Shown here piece by piece: positions 59,095-64,000 of a stretch of 64,000 nt of DNA. Position numbers and translations under genes: made by a program. The stretch lies in assembly GCA_963768655.1 (NCBI GenBank), contig CAVYIM010000007.1:64001-128000 (forward strand). The letters are read 5' to 3'. This DNA comes from an uncultured Chloroflexia bacterium (lineage in GTDB: Bacteria > Chloroflexota > Limnocylindria > Limnocylindrales > CSP1-4). Within the stretch, counting starts at the first letter, position 1. The number at the start of each line of letters is the position of its first letter. Below the pieces are notes generated by a model that made no database searches, had not been told where the DNA came from, and saw only the letters and a program-made list of their open reading frames with translations.

Positions 59095-59802
59095 ATGAGA
59101 TCCTGCCTGATCCAGATCGTCATCACGGTCGTGGTCGTCTTCTGCCTTGTGTGGTTTGGCCTCCCACTCGGCGTCAGCGCGCTTGCCACAGCCGCCCTCA
59201 ATGCAACCGGCTTCAGCGGCACCGGCACCAAGGTCGAGGTGTCGGCCAATCCTCCCTTCATGCTGCTCACCGGACATGCCGACACTATCCGGATTCGGTC
59301 CAGCGACGCACGGATGGGCGATCTCGATGCCGCCGGCGTCGACGTGACGCTCGGCTCTGTCGATCTGCTCAGCCGCAACATCGGCACCGTCACGGGCACG
59401 ATGAGTGGAGTCCGCGTCGCCGCTCCCAACGGCGATCCGGTCCCGATCGATCAAGTCACGCTGCAGGGATCGGCCATCGCGACCAATGCCACCGCCACCT
59501 TGACGATCGCGGAGGCCGAGGCCCTGGTCCAGTCGCAACTGAAAGCCCAGACGGGCATCGTTGCCACGGTTGTCCTCAAGAGCCCGAACCTCGTGACGGT
59601 CACGGCCGGAGGCAAGTCGCAGGCCGGCCGCCTGGTAACCAGCAACGGCGCCCTGCTACTCGTGCCCAACGGCAACACTCTGCCTACCGTCACGCTCATT
59701 GCCCCGGGCACCGCCAACCCGTTGCGCGTGACGTCCGTGAGCATCGGCTCGGCCAATCTGACTCTTGGCGGCACCATCGATATCCAAAATCTGCTCAGCT
59801 AG
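59095..59802 (+). CDS. DUF2993/LmeA-like membrane-anchored protein
   Basis: N-terminal TM, beta-rich body, PPFMLLTG.AD motif. Confidence 0.6.
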   Translation: MRSCLIQIVITVVVVFCLVWFGLPLGVSALATAALNATGFSGTGTKVEVSANPPFMLLTGHADTIRIRSSDARMGDLDAAGVDVTLGSVDLLSRNIGTVTGTMSGVRVAAPNGDPVPIDQVTLQGSAIATNATATLTIAEAEALVQSQLKAQTGIVATVVLKSPNLVTVTAGGKSQAGRLVTSNGALLLVPNGNTLPTVTLIAPGTANPLRVTSVSIGSANLTLGGTIDIQNLLS

Positions 59803-59856
59803 AACAGTCGGGGTTGAAGGTCTGGATCTTCGGATCTGGCTGGTAGACTCAAGCAA

Positions 59857-62125
<2,269 letters not shown>

Positions 62126-62312
62126 GGGTTCTCCGCGGCCCGCCCGCACCGGGGCGATGACGCCGAGGCCCATGTCAGGTAAACTCCGCCGTCGGCCCTG
62201 TATGCAGGGTATGCTTTCTCATACTCGATCGCGGACAGGACCGTCGCGCCCCGGCGCCACCTCCCGGCCGGCCCAGTGGCCCCGCGCCGGAGCACAAGGA
62301 GTAGTCAGACCA

Positions 62313-62513
62313 ATGGGTGTTCCCAAGAGGAAAGTCTCGCACGCCCGACAGGGCGACCGCCGCGCGCACCTCGCGGTTTCCGTGCCTCACCTCGAACCGT
62401 GCCCGCACTGCCATCAGCCCAAGCAGGTCCATCACGCCTGCCCCAACTGCGGTTACTACGCCGGCCGGCCCACGGTCGAGATCAAGCAGGAAAAGCCGCA
62501 GCAGTCCGCCTGA
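62313..62513 (+). CDS. rpmF: 50S ribosomal protein L32 (Zn-binding type)
   Basis: MGVPKRKVS...CPHC...CPNCGYY; SD AAGGAG. Confidence 0.97.
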   Translation: MGVPKRKVSHARQGDRRAHLAVSVPHLEPCPHCHQPKQVHHACPNCGYYAGRPTVEIKQEKPQQSA

Positions 62514-62517
62514 GCCG

Positions 62518-63564
62518 GTGGACCTGAGCACGGTTCGAACGGTCGACACAGGCGCCGTCCGCGTCGTCGTAGACGCCATGGGCGGCGACTACGCGCCCCT
62601 CGAGATCGTCAGCGGGACCCTGTCCTGGGCCCGCAAGCATCCGACCGACACGATCCTGCTGGTCGGCGTCCCGGAGGCAATCGAGCGGGCAGCCGGCGGA
62701 CCGCTGCCCTCCAACGTCCAGCTAGTGGCGGCCGGCCAGGTCGTCGAGATGGACGAGTCGCCGGCGCTCGCCCTCAAGAACAAGAGAGACTCCTCGATCA
62801 TGGTCGCCATGGACCTGATCAAGCAGGGCAAAGGGGACGCCCTGGTCACGGCCGGTCATTCGGGCGCCGGCATGGCCGCGGCGGTCCTGAGACTGGGCCG
62901 CCTGGCGGGTGTGGACCGGCCGGCCCTGGCAGTTCAGATGGTCACCGAGACCGGACCGTTCGTGCTGCTCGACATCGGGGCCAACGTCGACGCCACCGGC
63001 CACAACCTGTACCAGTACGCGCACATGGGCTCGATCTATGCCGAGCGGGTCCTTGGTGTGGCGAGTCCGCGCGTGGCCTTGCTTTCGATCGGCGAGGAAA
63101 GGGGCAAGGGCGACCAGGCGATCCAGCAGGCCACCCAGCTGCTGGACGAGGATGGCAGCCTGAACTTCGTGGGCAACGTCGAGGGCCGGGACCTGGTCAA
63201 GCACAAGGCCGATGTGGTGGTCAGCGACGCCGTCGTGGGCAACGTCACCATGAAGTTCTTTGAGGGGCTCGCGACCTTCATCTTCGATTTGTGGCGACAA
63301 GAGTTCAAACGCGGTATCCGCGGACCGCTCGGCTACGTCTTCATGCGCTCTGGCGTACATCGCATCCGCGATACCTTCGACTACGAGCGGCTGGGCGCCT
63401 CGCCGTTGCTGGGAGTCAAGGGCATGGTCCTGATCACGCACGGAAGCGCCAAGCGGCGCATGATCGAATTCGCAGTGGAAGCGGGCGCGACTGCGGCCCG
63501 GGCCCGGATTCCCGAGCTCATCGCCGGCGCGTTCCGCGGCCAGGCCCGAAAGCCGCAGGCTTGA
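62518..63564 (+). CDS. plsX: Phosphate acyltransferase PlsX
   Basis: VDAMGGDYAP, DRPAL, LLDIGANVD, GNVEG, HGS; follows rpmF. Confidence 0.96.
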   Translation: MDLSTVRTVDTGAVRVVVDAMGGDYAPLEIVSGTLSWARKHPTDTILLVGVPEAIERAAGGPLPSNVQLVAAGQVVEMDESPALALKNKRDSSIMVAMDLIKQGKGDALVTAGHSGAGMAAAVLRLGRLAGVDRPALAVQMVTETGPFVLLDIGANVDATGHNLYQYAHMGSIYAERVLGVASPRVALLSIGEERGKGDQAIQQATQLLDEDGSLNFVGNVEGRDLVKHKADVVVSDAVVGNVTMKFFEGLATFIFDLWRQEFKRGIRGPLGYVFMRSGVHRIRDTFDYERLGASPLLGVKGMVLITHGSAKRRMIEFAVEAGATAARARIPELIAGAFRGQARKPQA

Positions 63565-63575
63565 TCGGAGACGAC

Positions 63576-63950
63576 ATGGAAGGCCACGCTCACGACACTG
63601 CCGGCCCGAGTCCCGCGCCGGCTGCGCACAAGGCGCCGAGCGACCCGCTCACGGTCAGCCACGAAGTCATCGTCGAGATGGTTCGCGTCGCGGCGCTCGA
63701 AGTTCCAGGAGTGCTGAAGGTGAGCCGCGGCGGGCGCCTGGCCCGGCTGTCCGGCTCGCCTGTGCGGGCCCGTTTCGGCGAGGGACGCGTGTCTGTCCGC
63801 GTCTGGATCGTGGCCCGACCCGGTCATGCGCTCGCACCGCTGGCGGCCCAGGTGCGGCAGGCCGTCGGAGCGACGATCGAGCGCCTGCTCGGCCTCGAGC
63901 TGGGCGAAGTCACAGTGGTCGTCGACGGGGTCGGGGGCTGGGGCTCGTGA
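63576..63950 (+). CDS. Asp23/Gls24 family protein
   Basis: VSHEVI...AALEVPGV...VTVVVDGV; SD GGAG. Confidence 0.85.
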   Translation: MEGHAHDTAGPSPAPAAHKAPSDPLTVSHEVIVEMVRVAALEVPGVLKVSRGGRLARLSGSPVRARFGEGRVSVRVWIVARPGHALAPLAAQVRQAVGATIERLLGLELGEVTVVVDGVGGWGS

Positions 63951-64000
63951 CCCGCTCCGCGCGCGACGCGGGGCCCCGAAGCGGTGTCAGAGCGGGCAAG

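Overview
High-GC (visually about two-thirds G+C) bacterial chromosome segment. Gene content and the Pro/Thr-linker surface proteins suggest a monoderm such as Chloroflexota (Limnocylindria-like); this is inference only. Three zones. (1) ~1.1-9.3 kb: a compact minus-strand integrative, satellite-like element with a tyrosine recombinase, a large serine recombinase (LSR), a RepA-like AAA ATPase containing convergent iteron-like repeats, a ParB-DNA methyltransferase fusion and a TerS-like gene, but no capsid, portal or TerL. The LSR 3' end reads through an intact 46-bp attP-like dyad (5127-5172) whose core matches the Cys-Pro-Cys codons of yifB/comM, and is translationally coupled to the rep gene. 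(2) ~9.3-24.6 kb: accessory region of small membrane genes, some separated by a recurring 27-bp motif, two inverted IS256 copies each with its own 8-bp TSD, and gene relics (AAA/DUF3226, truncated Type IIG R-M, IS630, RCC1/kelch). (3) ~24.7-64 kb: envelope and core genes, including an esterase-DUF2156 (MprF-like)-esterase operon, a beta-propeller surface protein, TetR-ABC exporter, PAS hybrid kinase, LCP, tandem Ig-CAP paralogues with identical 5' parts, then topA-xerC-femAB-like-murE, relA, rpmF, plsX and an Asp23-family gene. Five single-base frameshifts look like long-read errors; three lie at GAATC. No tRNA, rRNA or CRISPR array was seen.
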